In this document: in pieces, positions 13,178-25,954 of the stretch
How positions within the stretch are numbered: position 1 is the first letter of the stretch
How the letters are laid out: the number at the start of each line of letters is the position of its first letter
Source of the DNA: Mytilus edulis
Lineage: Eukaryota
DNA: 64,000 nucleotides
Direction: 5' to 3'
Assembly: GCF_963676685.1 (NCBI RefSeq)
Contig: NC_092349.1
Span: 37,138,001-37,202,000, forward strand
Notes under the pieces: generated by a model
The model's input: only the letters and a program-made list of their open reading frames with translations
What the model was told of the DNA's origin: nothing
Database searches by the model: none
Program-made: the position numbers and the translations under genes

Positions 13178-14623
13178 TTGAGACTGTGCTTTATTTTGAT
13201 TGTCCTGCATTTGGATGATATTTTAATTATATTCTTAATCTGTTGTTATGTTAAATAGTTACTTATTTCTGACCTCATTTCTTAAAAAAATACTTTAAGT
13301 AGGATTTAATATTGTTTTTTTTTCGTTTCAGGAAAATTTTCTAAGGTCATTAACTGTTACAGTGAAAAATAAGAACTCGTCAAAGACGCCATTTTGAGTT
13401 GTATCAGCCATTTTTATTTCATTGTCAATGTCAGCTGATACATTAGATAATAATATGTTTGGATATACATGCTTGCATTGAAATAAATGATCCATTTTTT
13501 TTTAACCATTTTTATACCATATTTAAAAACAAACTTCAATTTTAACATGTTAAACGGCGCCATTAAGAATATTGCCGCCATTTTGAAAATATTATTTATG
13601 CACCAAGGTATTAATGATACATTGTAGGTATCAAATGATCAGTTTCACAGATTTGGTAACTTTCTTTCGCATGATGATGGTGTATACATACAAATACTGT
13701 CAAACTCAGACATTTTGACGTACCATTTTGAATGTGGACGCCATTTTGATGATTTCTGTATTATAAGGTTTTAAAAAATAACAATTGACATATCTTAATT
13801 GTATTTCCTTAAGTTTTTGACATCTTTGAACTCACGAAATTTTGGAAGACTGCATCAAGTGAATGATGTCATACTTATGTCGGCCATCTTGAATTTGGCG
13901 GCCATATTGGATTTTTTTTTCATGGCTCCATATCTGAATTTTGTCTTTACCCCTAAATCTTTCGCTATGCCAAGTTTCATGCTTTTACCATAAAGTGATC
14001 AATTATTCTGATATCCGATGTACTAATTGATTGTGTAGGAGTTTTACTCCATGCTCAACAGTAAATAATGCATGTCTCTCGAGATCTTCGTTAAAGTATT
14101 CACCACATTATAACATTCTCCGAATTTTCAATATTTTGATCAGTTGAATTAGAAAATTGCGATTTAGAAACTACATACCATTTGAAGCGGTGACAATTAC
14201 TCCACTCAAGCACAACCGGAAAGTCCTCTCACAGTTTTCATTGCAGAACCATTTGTTCTGCGTGTGTAGATAACCAGCCGTGATAGTAGCATATTCAAGA
14301 AAAGAACAGACAAAGCAATTTGTCAAATACCTAAGTACACGAAATTTGGTGATATTGGATAGAAATCCCGATAAAAAAAACAAAATTTTTCGACAGACTT
14401 CAAACTGAACATTGATAGAATGTCTTACTGTTGAATAAAAAGTGCCAAGTATTCAAGTATTCATATCCAATGTCACACTTTTTGACTATTACTGTTAAAA
14501 CTCCAACAAATTTTTATATAATTAATAACTTTGAAGAACAGCGTTCGATAGGGAAAAGAGGAATAACTTATATACGAACAGAATTGTGATTTATTTTGAT
14601 ATGCTGTTAGTTATGTTACTTAA

Positions 14624-14950
14624 GGATGTACCTAGGTGATCTGAGGTAAAATATTGATATAGGTCATGAAGCTACTTTTTGAGATATTTGATTTTTTTTA
14701 AATATGGCGGGAAAAGGCTGACTCGGACTTTTACCTTATATTTGCATAGGTATTATTTGGGTCTCAAATCAAAAGAAAGAAAATCAAGTATCTTAAAAAA
14801 AAATTCAAATGACCTTTTATGAGCTAAAAGTCTTATGTTAAAAGATAACTAAGTGTTATGTGGCAAAATATTTCACCATGTATAGTATGGAAAAACAACA
14901 AGAAGTCCAAACATTTGAGACTCATTCCAAAACCTTACCTAAGTACATCC
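14624..14950. mobile_element. Kolobok-type MITE
   Basis: TTAA|GGATGTACCTAGGT ... ACCTAAGTACATCC|TTAA, i.e. short TIRs and a TTAA target duplication. Confidence 0.8.
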
Positions 14951-15954
14951 TTAATACAACTGGCACATCAACGGAATTTTTTAGATTTATTATCTTATAT
15001 GTGGAATTGTACATCTGGAGAATTCAAATTGATACTTATCTGATATATTGAGAATTTTCCCCACTGATTTTTATAGAATTCTTGAAAATCATCAAAACTT
15101 TAAATAAATGAATATTGAAATAGTGTTCTGTGGACGTTTTTTGAGTGTCACGTTACTAATCTGACACATGGTGTCTGTTTAGGTTAGCTGGGTTCATATT
15201 CATATCGCATTTATATGTTACCTCCCGATATGCATGTGACATCTCCAACCTGATGTCAAACACCTATCCATTGTTGTCATCGTTCTTAGTATTTAATAGA
15301 CCTTAAGACAGTAAAAGTGACAAAATCATTGATGAACATTGTATTGTCATTTCGACTTTTTTGGTGGTTCTAGTGCTCAATTATTGTAACAAAATCACAT
15401 TCAAACCAATAGTCAAAGAAGGTAAACAAGACAATGTGAAACACGACGAAACGATCAATTCGCTCAAAACAATATGAGCTAGGAAACAGATTTTAAGCAA
15501 TACGTAATACAAATACTATCGAGTACACCGCACAAACAGACAAACAACAACGAACAACAAATTTCTGATTAGGTAAAGGCACAACATGTGTTGGACAAGA
15601 ATTCGTCACCACACTTAAAATTGGATTAAAACAGTTTAAATATGAAGGAAGTAAAAGTCGTTATGCATCGTGCAATTTGAAAAGGCAAATTAACCTTGAA
15701 AGAATTAAACGGACAAAACTTGTATGAAATTGTAACATTGTTTTCCAATTATGAACGTCTGTAACCAATCATATAACTTCTATGAAAAAATAAATAAATT
15801 CCAATATATTTATAGCTCCTCGTAGTGTTAATTTGTACATGCTGCATTAAAATAAAGAACCCCAGTTTCCCCCAAAACACAAACATTGACAAAATCAAAA
15901 GACCAATGACAAATAATATTGGCGATCAATAGAACTTTTCGGCTATTTCATTTT

Positions 15955-17651
15955 TTAATTTTCAATTTCGAATACGTAGGCGTCACCGTGTGAACTATTT
16001 GTAACCAGCAGCTTAGATGATGATTTATCTATATTTATAGCAATAGGAGAAACTATTCCATTTTCTTTCGACAAAATTGTTTTACAGGTTCTTCCGTCTT
16101 CGGATAAGACTACAATCTTGTAATTTTTCCTGCTTGCCACAAATATAAATCCGTGTTTGTCAACTGTTATCCCAAATGGTTCGCAAATGTCTTTATATAT
16201 ATTTTTCCATAATAAGATCCCGTTAGTACCGAAGCAATATATGTAACTATTATGCCAATCTGTACAGACGATATTATTATTAGATAGTGCTGCACGAATG
16301 GTGTATTTTCCTGGTACTTTTATCTCTGATAAAATGTTGCCGTCGAGGTTCATTGTTAAAAGTGCTGGTTGAGAACCATGCAGGTTCAGTATTAATACTT
16401 CGCCGTTGCTGTCGATGCCAAAACAATTTTGTGATACTTCAATATTATTTGTAATTCGTTTCTTTGAAAAGTCAAACAACAAGATTTTATTATCGTCTTG
16501 AATAGTCACAGCTATCAAATTGTTTTTGATGTAACAAATATCAGAAGGGTGACTTTCGAAAACGATTAGTGTTTCTTTATATTCTCCGTGTTTTGAAAAC
16601 AAAAGCAAACTTTGAGTGACTCTCTCTAAAATAAGAATACTACCATCAGGCAAAATCTGACAACCAACTATTTCTTTTTCTTCGCATGTTTTCGGTATTT
16701 TCAGTGTTGTTATCAGTTTGGGTTTAATATTATCAATCGTTAATATAGCTGGAACGGACAGATTTACTTGACATTCGGTAGAAGTTTTGAGTTGCAAATT
16801 ACAAGGCGACGATTGTGCCACTAAAGTGCCGAATGTCCTGATATGTTGAGTCAGACATTTAAGATCAGAGGACAATTTTGTCTCCAAGCGAATCTCGTCC
16901 AAGTGACCTTTTTGTTGCAAATTTAGGAGAAATTGAGCGTCCTGTGATGTAGTTTTCTCTAAATACTGCAGTCCTACATAAATTTGCAGGTCTGTTGCAT
17001 ACATTGTTAGTTTTGAAAAGTCATTTTGCAAGTTTTGAATACATTTCTTTTTATTTTTAATGTCACTGGTCAGATGGTCGGATTTTAGTTTTATCTTTTT
17101 GAACTCCTCTGACAAATCATCTGTTATCTTCTTTTCAATTTCATTGAAGTGGTTATTAAGAGAGGCACGTAGATTTCTGATTTCCTTTAGAGAATCAGTT
17201 TTGTTTTGTAAGAGTTTTTTTTTTCTAGAGTTCAAATATTTAGCTACTGTTTGAAAATTTTCAAGTAAAATATTTAACTCCTTGTCCAAATTTGAAACTC
17301 TCGCGGACGTTTTTATATCCCTTAATACTTCAACCAATGTGTCTAAATCCCTACAATCTTTATGATTGTCCTTAATACATTTAACACAGCACGGGTCGTC
17401 GTGGAATTTACAATAAAAGTCAAACTTTTCATCGTGCTTTTTACATCGACTTCTTATATCAACAACAAACGAAGGCAAATTATTGTACTCATCTAGGGTT
17501 ATAGTTTGGTGTCCTTTTGAAGCTTTAATTCTGCCGTGATGTCTTTTGCAGTGTTTGCAAAGAAAAGTCTCACAATCTGCGCACCAAACAACTGCAATCT
17601 TGGACATATCTCCTCTCCACAAAGATTACAAATATGGTTTTCAGACGCCAT
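15955..17651 (-). CDS. RING-less TRIM-like protein (B-box1, B-box2, coiled coil, NHL-type beta-propeller; TRIM71/TRIM56-like expanded bivalve family) with an apparent 1-bp frameshift near 17617
   Basis: 555-codon ORF with WCADC..LC..C..HH...H (B-box1), CKKH..FYCKFHDDPCCVKC...H (B-box2), a heptad region and NHL repeats (PSDIC, PFGITVD, PIAINID). The N-terminus MASENHICNLC lies in another frame. Splice acceptor at 17668-17670 just upstream of the ATG. Confidence 0.88.
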
Positions 17652-18228
17652 GTTCATAAGGTAAGACCTGCAAAAGATAAATTTAAGTATGTCAATACTA
17701 TCGGAAATTATGTGAGCTTTCATTGCCTTTCCTATTTTCGATATATTTGTACTGTGTCCTGTAAAACGATTTTCAACTTTTGTCTCTCTTGCAAACTTTT
17801 TTTTTTGTGTGTGATCAAAATGTCTTTTAAGTACGTTCTTTGCTCATTATAGTCAAGTGTTGTGAAATATAAAAGCTATGACATATTAATGACATATTCT
17901 CGCTATTATTTGTATTTTACTTTGATCTTTTTTCTTTTGGTCATTTTAATTCTCACTCGAGTCGTTTCAGAACGAACATTATTCGCTAGTTTCTAAAAGG
18001 TCCGTAGCAATGTCAGCCTTTTAATACATATCATCGCCCTAAAGTGTCGACCAGTAAAAAAAGTTTAGCCGAAATTAAAAAAAAAACGTTATCGGATAAC
18101 TACGCTGAATGTTAACAAAATATGTAATTTTTTCGTTTCAATTTTACCGTGAATTTCACTCATAAATTAACTTAAGTGATTCATGTTTCCAAGAAATAAA
18201 AAATGTTAATTTTAACACAAATCTGCCA

Positions 18229-18895
18229 CAAAGAGGGACGAAAGATACCAGAGGGACAGCCAACTCATGAAGGAAAATTAACTGACAACGCCATGGCTAA
18301 AAATGAAAAAAAAGACAAACAGACAAATAAAAGTACACATGAAACAACATAGAAAACTAAAGAATAAACAACACGAACTCCACCAAAAACAGGGGGTGAT
18401 CTCATATGCTCCGGAAGGGTAAGCAGATCCTGCTCCACATGTGGCACCCGTCGTGTTTATCATGTTGTATCAGATCCGGTAGTTATTCCAACTCGTTATA
18501 TTTGGAACTCTTGGTTTAAAAGCTTCCTTGATATAAGTAACACTCTATCAAGAAAAACATGAAAGAAATACAAGCACGGGAATATTGAAAAATATATCCC
18601 CCGTATGCAGGTGCTGCTGGAATGTTACCCTACTTAGAAATGAATAGTTAAATTGGTAAGCTGAAAGCATCTCTTTTGTCGTAAAGTTTTGTTTTCAACC
18701 GACCCTCATTGTAAATTTCTAGATGAAAGTCAAGATATTAGGCCGACTAGACTGTATCTGTTATATCCTTTATATGTAGTTCGATCTGATAGATGCGTTC
18801 AACATAATCACAAAATTTTGAATTATTTAGTGTAAGAATATCATCTATATAGCGGAAAGAAGAGTTAAAGGATATTGCTATCTTCTTATCTTTCT
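18229..18895 (-). mobile_element. Penelope-like retroelement 3' fragment (RT C-terminus plus abundant terminal repeat)
   Basis: Minus-strand SFRYIDDILTLNNSKF...ELHIKDITDT...TKLYDKRDAF...IPAAPAYG, followed by a non-coding tail also seen near 49740-50010 and 62760. Confidence 0.75.
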
Positions 18896-19323
18896 CTCCC
18901 CAAGGGTGACTGGGGTATAGAAATATGGTCACTTGGTCTTCTCCCGACCGGCAGTAAAACGCTTGCCGAAGTGGGGCGTCCGTTTGGCTGTGCGGGATGT
19001 ATCAAGTTCGCAGTCACGTCCGGTCAGAAGGGGGACGTTAAATCCGATGCCTCGTGTAAAGAGAGTGCCATGCTCTTTGTACGTTAAGAACCCTTGCAAA
19101 AACTCTCTGAGGGGTCCGTAGGTGGCCTGTTGCAAGGCAAAATTTCTGTCCCTATCCAATATACCCTTTTTTCCGGTGGCAGTCCAAATTTCTCCGACCA
19201 TCATCCCAGGTGGCCTCTATTGTATCAACCTACCTATTGTATTTATTGTGAAATTGTTCCCGTCCTGAATATGCATGAAATATTTACCACTGGACGTTAA
19301 GCAACCAACAATCAATCAATCAA
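18896..19323 (+). mobile_element. SINE (5'-truncated, GC-rich conserved core, (CAAT)n tail)
   Basis: Flanked by a 12-bp target duplication TCTTATCTTTCT (18884-18895, 19324-19335). Ends GGACGTTAAGCAACCAACAATCAATCAATCAAT. Confidence 0.8.
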
Positions 19324-20019
19324 TCTTATCTTTCTTCCTAAGAAGTAATGTAGTTTCAGCTGATTTAACTAAATTAATTGTAATTGCAAGGTATTTTAGT
19401 GAGTTTGTTTAAATGATTAGTGCACTTGGGAGTATGCTTTTTTAAATGACTTGATTACATTTTTCAATTGAACTAACTTCTGAATAATTAACAACAGATT
19501 AAAAACATACTGTTAATTGCAAACGATTATAGCGGGTTTCTTTGCAAATTAATAATACTATTGTTTTGAACGTGTAGATAATAAAGGTGAGTAACGGCTA
19601 TTAACTCATGCTTTACTTGAAGTCAATGATATGCATGGAGACGTCGGCAAGTGACGACGTTGCGGGCCTATTGTTACGTAAAATGGCACTATATACCATA
19701 TAAAATAGAATAAAATACTGAACAGAAACTTAACTACATTGATAACAACTATAACAACTATATTGTAACAAGAGTGCACAAGCTAAATTGTCTCGCCTTC
19801 ATTACTGGTCATGATTAATTTAATGTTGGAAGTCTAAAATATGAATGTTAAGTACAAATATCATGAACATTTGTTCAAGACTTGATAAACACTATTGTTA
19901 ACACATGTGAATTATTCCAAACATCAAATAAAGTGGTCATATTGCTTACAACACTTCAGAAATATATTCAACCCCGAAAACTTAATATTAAACAAGGAAC
20001 AATGGTCAGATGAAACGTG

Positions 20020-23000
20020 ATAGACAGACATGTTCAACTTAGATTCCTGCAATATACCAATCAAAGGTTACATGCAATTTATAAAATCTATATGACACAG
20101 ATTTAACCAGGGAAATTGAAAATTGACCACTGAACCATGAAATTTAGATAAAGGTCAGAGGAACATTGCCAGACCGATATGTTCAGCTTATCATCATTCC
20201 ATACACCGTGCACATATCTTTGTTAAGACAAAATCTTACAATCAAAAAGGTTTTTATTTTTTTTAACCACAAGTTGCATATTACCTGTTATATATATATG
20301 TCCAGACATGCCCTAAAATTGTTCCTACCACTTATTAACTTTTGTTACGAAAACAAGGTCACATCTGCCAAAAGGTTAGGTGAACCTTTAAAGTAATTTG
20401 ATCTACACTAATCGACCTCCTATTATTTCTACATGATTTTCATAACTATATTTTGAATAAAAAAAAGAGACAAATATACTTCAACTATGAACAGTTGTCT
20501 GTAATTATTAGGTTATATTCTATGGACGCTTATCTTTTGATATCAATGTCCATATGATATCATTTCGGGTGAAATCAGTACCTGTTAAACCCACTAGATT
20601 ATCAGCTACCATGTATAAACTACTTTATAAGCTGTTAAATGAAACATGTGAAAATAATGTAAATTTAAGTTTGTTAAATTATATTGATTCTGTAAAGATA
20701 TATTTAGACTCAGTTAACCGGACTACTTTCGTAACCAATGTAAACAATATGGCGACTTGAAAACGTAATTGATTAAAATTGATAACTGTTGAAAACAGAG
20801 TTAAAAGAAGACTAGAATGCTCTAGAGCGTATTTGTTTCAGATATTTTTAAAAATGCTTTTGCCTATAAATTAATAAATAAGCTGTTTTGCAGATTTGTA
20901 TGTGCATAATGTTCTAAGTTGAACAAATTTTCAAATTAGGTCACTACAAAAATGCATTGTTCCTTTGTGCTTGAAGACAGTTGTTTGAGTCGATTACTTA
21001 TCAATGTTTAAATTGGTTAATATATTTATTGCATTGATTAATGGAAGTGCATATTAGGAAATAATATACATCATGTGTATTATATTGCTTATTTGGTAAA
21101 TCGATCATTCATGGCAGTCGAATCAAGCAAATTTTTAAAATTCATGGGCCAGTTATTTCTAAAAGTAACGTATAAAAATTATGATACATTTATATACAAA
21201 TGTATATAAACAATTTTACTGTGTTAGGTAAAACAAATATTAGCAACTAAAATATAACAAAAATGACTAGGCTAATAAAAAAACGGAGAATTTATACATA
21301 CGTTCTTAAAGAACAAATATATTCCTGTTCAATTGTGTTACCAGGAAGTAAAGAATCACATGATATGGCACATGATTATATATAGATATGATTTCAACCG
21401 AAGATATTGTACATTCTTGATAAAAAGGTCTGTGTACTTCTACGTGTCCTTAAAGCAATACAAACATTTGTTTATGAATGTCATTGTAAGGCAGCAACCA
21501 TTTGATTTTTTTTTGGGAGCGGGGGCTTTGGATATTTTTCCGTACAAACTTGTTTTTTCGCCTTCGGCGAATAACAATTTTTTCTTTCAATTTTAGGATT
21601 ACATATAGTGGCAGCATAATGAAACAAACATTTTTTTTTATCAGAGTCAAAAACAATACATTTTCCCCCCAAAAAAATGGGAACAAACTTTTTTCCTACA
21701 AAAAATCCATAGACTCCCCCCCAACCCTATGCCGAAGTGATCGACATGTCAAAAATAGAAACATGATTTCATAATATGTTTGCAAATGAGACAACTCTTT
21801 ATAAGAGACCATTTGACCTACAACAACAAACTAAGACAGTACTGCATATAAAGTATAAAAGGTCCCGAAAAGACAAATATAAAAATATCAAACGAGAAAA
21901 CTTAAGATCGAATTATGTGCAAACAATAATGAACGGTAAACAAACATGTAACACAGCAACATGCTTTTTTATCAACTATAAGCTGAAGGATGTATTTCAA
22001 TAACATACAACGCATATAACATATATTTTTTGTAAAGAAAAACTTTATTTCGGAAAAAAGTAATACGACGGCTATTATCCATAACATTATGATGCTTGAA
22101 TTCCGTGTTGAACTGTCTACTTGCCTTTGGTGGCTGACAGTACATAACGCTAATCTTTTCGAAGTTATATTTAACTATGTGACATTTCTAACTTGTGATA
22201 TCGAGAACCTTGAAAAACATCTCCGAAAGGCTGTAGTTACTAGAATTGGCAGATGACCCCAAATGACCATTCATCCTTATTGCACTCTTCATATATCACA
22301 TATACACGTTGTAGTATTTTGTCTTGTCACATCAATCTAAATGTGTTCTATATTTAATATAAGAACAAAAATGCAGATCGATGTAAATAAGTCTAAATTG
22401 CAACTTCGTTACATTCCCTTCACCCTATTGTTAAGGACCTTTGCATTTTTATCAAGCGTTCTGATCTCTCATTTGATGAAGGAGACTACAATTTGATTAT
22501 TTATTTATTTTTATTTTTTTTTTGGGGGGGGGGGGGAGTCACCTGTTGTTACTTATATATTTCTCCCTCACTCAATTAATATCCATTTTTGCACACCGAA
22601 AATCATTTTTTTTTGTAAAAAATTTGTTCAAGTTGTTAGGACATTGCGCTTTTTAAAATGGAAATTAGTGCTGTTTTTGAAATAAATGGGACAGCGCTTT
22701 TCTTAAAAGGGGCATTTGCGCTTTTTCTAAAAGACATTTGTACTTTTTTTACATGACATTTAAGTTGAGTGATCATGGTTAGAAACATTATATCATAAAC
22801 ACAAGTTTAAGTTTGTTTCCTTGCCTGGTTACTTTCTACTGACCAATACTCTACAGAATTCTTCTATTTTTTAACGCACGTATTGATTTGAATTTTGTTA
22901 ATGGCTGTGTTTGAAAGTACGTAGGAATCTGAAAGATCGATTTGAACAACATTGTCAAACATTGTTATAAGCAATACCAAACGCTGCAAATTACTGCATA

Positions 23001-23450
23001 TTCAAAGATAATTTCAGTTCTGAAGATTATTTATATATTTTAATTCAGGAAACAAAATTCAATCAGTTACCTCACCACAATTATCTTAGAATCTCATTTT
23101 TAACAGGAGAGAAAAATTTACATGCAAAAAAAAAGTTTTTTAATAAAAGATTTCAATGATTAAATTGTTGATGTCATGAAAAAAATAAAAGCTTATTAAA
23201 CTATGCAAATTTATCAAAATCATAAATAAAGCTGTGTGTATTTCAGACTTTATCTGAAATGTAAATTCGGCTAGACGTTGTCGTAAACATGAATTTTGGT
23301 TAAATCTCGTGATATAGGGACAGTAACTCCTCAAAGGTCGTATCAGACAATATGGGTCTGCATAAATGGTGAGTACGTACATCTTGACCAAAACATTTTG
23401 CTGCACTAGATTTTCTTGTACATAAAGGATTTCTAGATATTTAAGAAATA
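20020..23450 (+). repeat. Segmental duplication, copy 2 (upstream region of the TRIM-like gene)
   Basis: Colinear with 3435-6620. Homology resumes at ~24320-24440 versus ~7255-7370 after different insertions. Confidence 0.9.
21490..21735. mobile_element. MITE fragment (GGCAGCAACCATTTGA terminus, Kolobok-like) present only in copy 2
   Basis: Copy 1 reads ATTGTAAGTGATC without it. A related terminus occurs at ~52181. Confidence 0.6.
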
Positions 23451-23529
23451 ATTCATGGAAGCCATAGATTTGTTGGAAATTTACACATGGCCTGGGCCGT
23501 GATATTCGAATTTATCCTGAGCGTTAGCG

Positions 23530-24304
23530 AGGGTTGGTATGCCGTGTGTGGAGCTGTTCTTTTTAGTCCTTGTTAGATAAAGCTCAAATATTCTCATACA
23601 TCTTTAACTTGCATTAATTATTTCGTTAATAACCGCTAGAAAAATTATGTTTAATTCTCAAACCCAATATTTCCGATTTTTAATTTACATGTTTTCTCGT
23701 AAGCTACCGTCATATCCAAAATTGACATTTCGTAAAGAAGGAGCTGCCATGTTGACTCGCTGAATCAAAGGCAATAGAATAGAAAACCTCAGAATTTCAT
23801 TTTCATACAATATTAAACGAACTTCGTTGGTTACAAAAAAGTTTTTATTTTTGTGATATTGACTAAATTTTGTTTTTATACTGCAGCTTAAATTAGTATA
23901 TTGATTTTTTTTTTTAAATCGTAACATAAATATCAAGCTTGTTTGCATCCCTTAATGAACCCCTCATTGTAGAGAAAGTGTTCCATGATGAAATTGACAT
24001 TGCACAAAATATACAGTGTTACTATATTTAGGAAATAAACAAAACTAGTTGCAATACATTAATTCTTTTTATTATGCATCTGAATAAGAATAAAAGTTCT
24101 GTAATGTTTTTGTTTAATTAAAATTAGTAATACAATAAATTTGGCAAAGCGTTTGCAATGTAGGTTCAAATACATGTGGATTTACGTGGAAGGTATATTG
24201 TAACATCCATTATTATGTATATATCTGAGTCTGCGCTAAGTATAGATATATCGAGAATTTTCACACAATGTTGTTTACAAAGCGAAAGAAGCACGTCATA
24301 TTAG
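23530..24304 (+). mobile_element. ~800-bp interspersed element (second copy 46169-46981)
   Basis: Colinear with ~46203-46981. Both end in CATATTAG. Confidence 0.75.
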
Positions 24305-24769
24305 AATAGATGATTACTTATATAAATTTATTTACCCCTTTGTTTTTTTTTTTACCCATAGCAGCAAGTTGTGTTTACAGTTGCCGATCCACAATGAATT
24401 TTATGTAAACACATTTTGGATAATTGTTGCCAAGAATATTCAAAAAGGATATAATTCTAATGAGGTAACTTTTGAGCCCATTATTAATGCGCACCTCGAG
24501 CTTGTTCATTTACAGGACCAGTGGTTTAGAAAAAGCGTGTTCGCCTGGAGCGCAGGACCTCTTTGGATGGTCCACGGTCGGATATAAAAGACGACTTTGA
24601 AATTAATGGCATTATCTACTTTACGGCTAATATTTGGAATGGATGAGTAAAAGTGAAAACGAGGGATTTTAGTCAGAATAATGTGTCGATTATATATTGA
24701 CATAGTTGAGTGTTTACTCAAATACGTTAATTATAATTATCCTACACATGATGTCTGTTTATTGTAGCT

Positions 24770-25260
24770 GGATTCATACTAACAATGACCACTGCCTTTT
24801 CCTCGATCTTGATATCTATATCATTAAAGGGAATCATAATACAAAAATATATGATAAAAGAGATGGTTTTTCATTTCCTATCGTTAATTATCCATTTTTT
24901 AGATGGTGACGTTCCCTTATCGCTTACGCTGTTTATTTATCTCAACTTGTACTATTCGCTCGTGTATGAAACAACATATTAGATTTTGGCGAGAGAAATT
25001 TATGTATTACTGAAAAATTATTACGCAAGGGTTCTTGATATCACAAATTAGTCAAAACTTTTACTAAATCTTATCATCAACGAAATAATTCGTAAATATT
25101 ACTCAACATGCCCAAAAATGTCAGTATTCACCTCAAAGCTTACAAAACTTTTAAACAGACTTATTAAGAAAGGAAATAGTTACAATACTGTTGTCAGGTC
25201 ATTTAAGATTGCATAGTTTGCCTTTAACATTGTATGGTCTTTGCATCGGAACTAAACACA
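24770..25260 (+). mobile_element. Penelope-like RT C-terminal fragment
   Basis: FLDLDI...TKIYDKRDGFSFPIVNYPF(L)DGDVP...ISQLVLFARV with frameshifts. Confidence 0.7.
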
Positions 25261-25954
25261 TTTATTTAAAAATTGAATGCTTCTTTTTGTAACTTCAATG
25301 GGGTGTAAAAGCGTTGACCGAAGTGCATTTTGTATTTTTCTTGTTTTAATTTTACAGTGAACTCCACTTATTAATTAACTTAGTTAATAGAAATGATTCA
25401 TGTTTCTCATAAATAAAAAATGTTAATTTCTATACAAATCTACTACAATTGACTGTCTGTCTGATTGCATGTATTGTGTGCTGTTCGCTCTTTTTGTCGG
25501 TTTATCAATTCGAAAACCATGTGTGAAATGTATGAAAGTCGTTGTGTGACTTTATATATTTATCTAATAAGCCTGCGCTTAAATAAAATGTACAACCAAA
25601 TCTAAAAATATCAAATAAAAATGCAGCATTCTTATCGTATTAGATTTATTTTTTTCTTGCTTTGTTTTAAATAATACTAGAACACACCCGCAAGATTTAC
25701 GTCTTGGCGTTACTAAACTAATGAAGGGTGATTTTTGTAAAAGATTTTATGACTGGAGAATTTCAAGAAAAGTATCAAAAGTCAAACTTAAGGTACTTGA
25801 TAGCAGATCAATTTATTTTCGCCATATCCCCTTTGTTCCATATCCGTTATTTTCGCTCTCATTCCATATGGAATTAACTGATCCCGTTTATTTCGTATTA
25901 GGTCCCCAACACACTGTGTAACTAATAGTATCTTCACAAAGCAGATTATTTAAG

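Larger units (their letters stand above)
9619..14025 (+). mobile_element. Academ-superfamily (XPG-type, AcademX) DNA transposon relic
   Basis: TAG...CTA termini, TIRs sharing ATCACTTTATGGTAAAAGCATGAAACT, a 3-bp ATT target duplication (9616-9618, 14026-14028), subterminal AAAATGGC repeats and a decayed transposase. Confidence 0.85.
7548..14283. mobile_element. Foldback/long-TIR non-autonomous DNA transposon (arms ~580 bp) hosting two nested insertions
   Basis: 7548-7800 is the reverse complement of 14026-14283 and 8407-8721 is the reverse complement of 9324-9618. The arms become continuous once the two insertions are removed. Confidence 0.85.
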
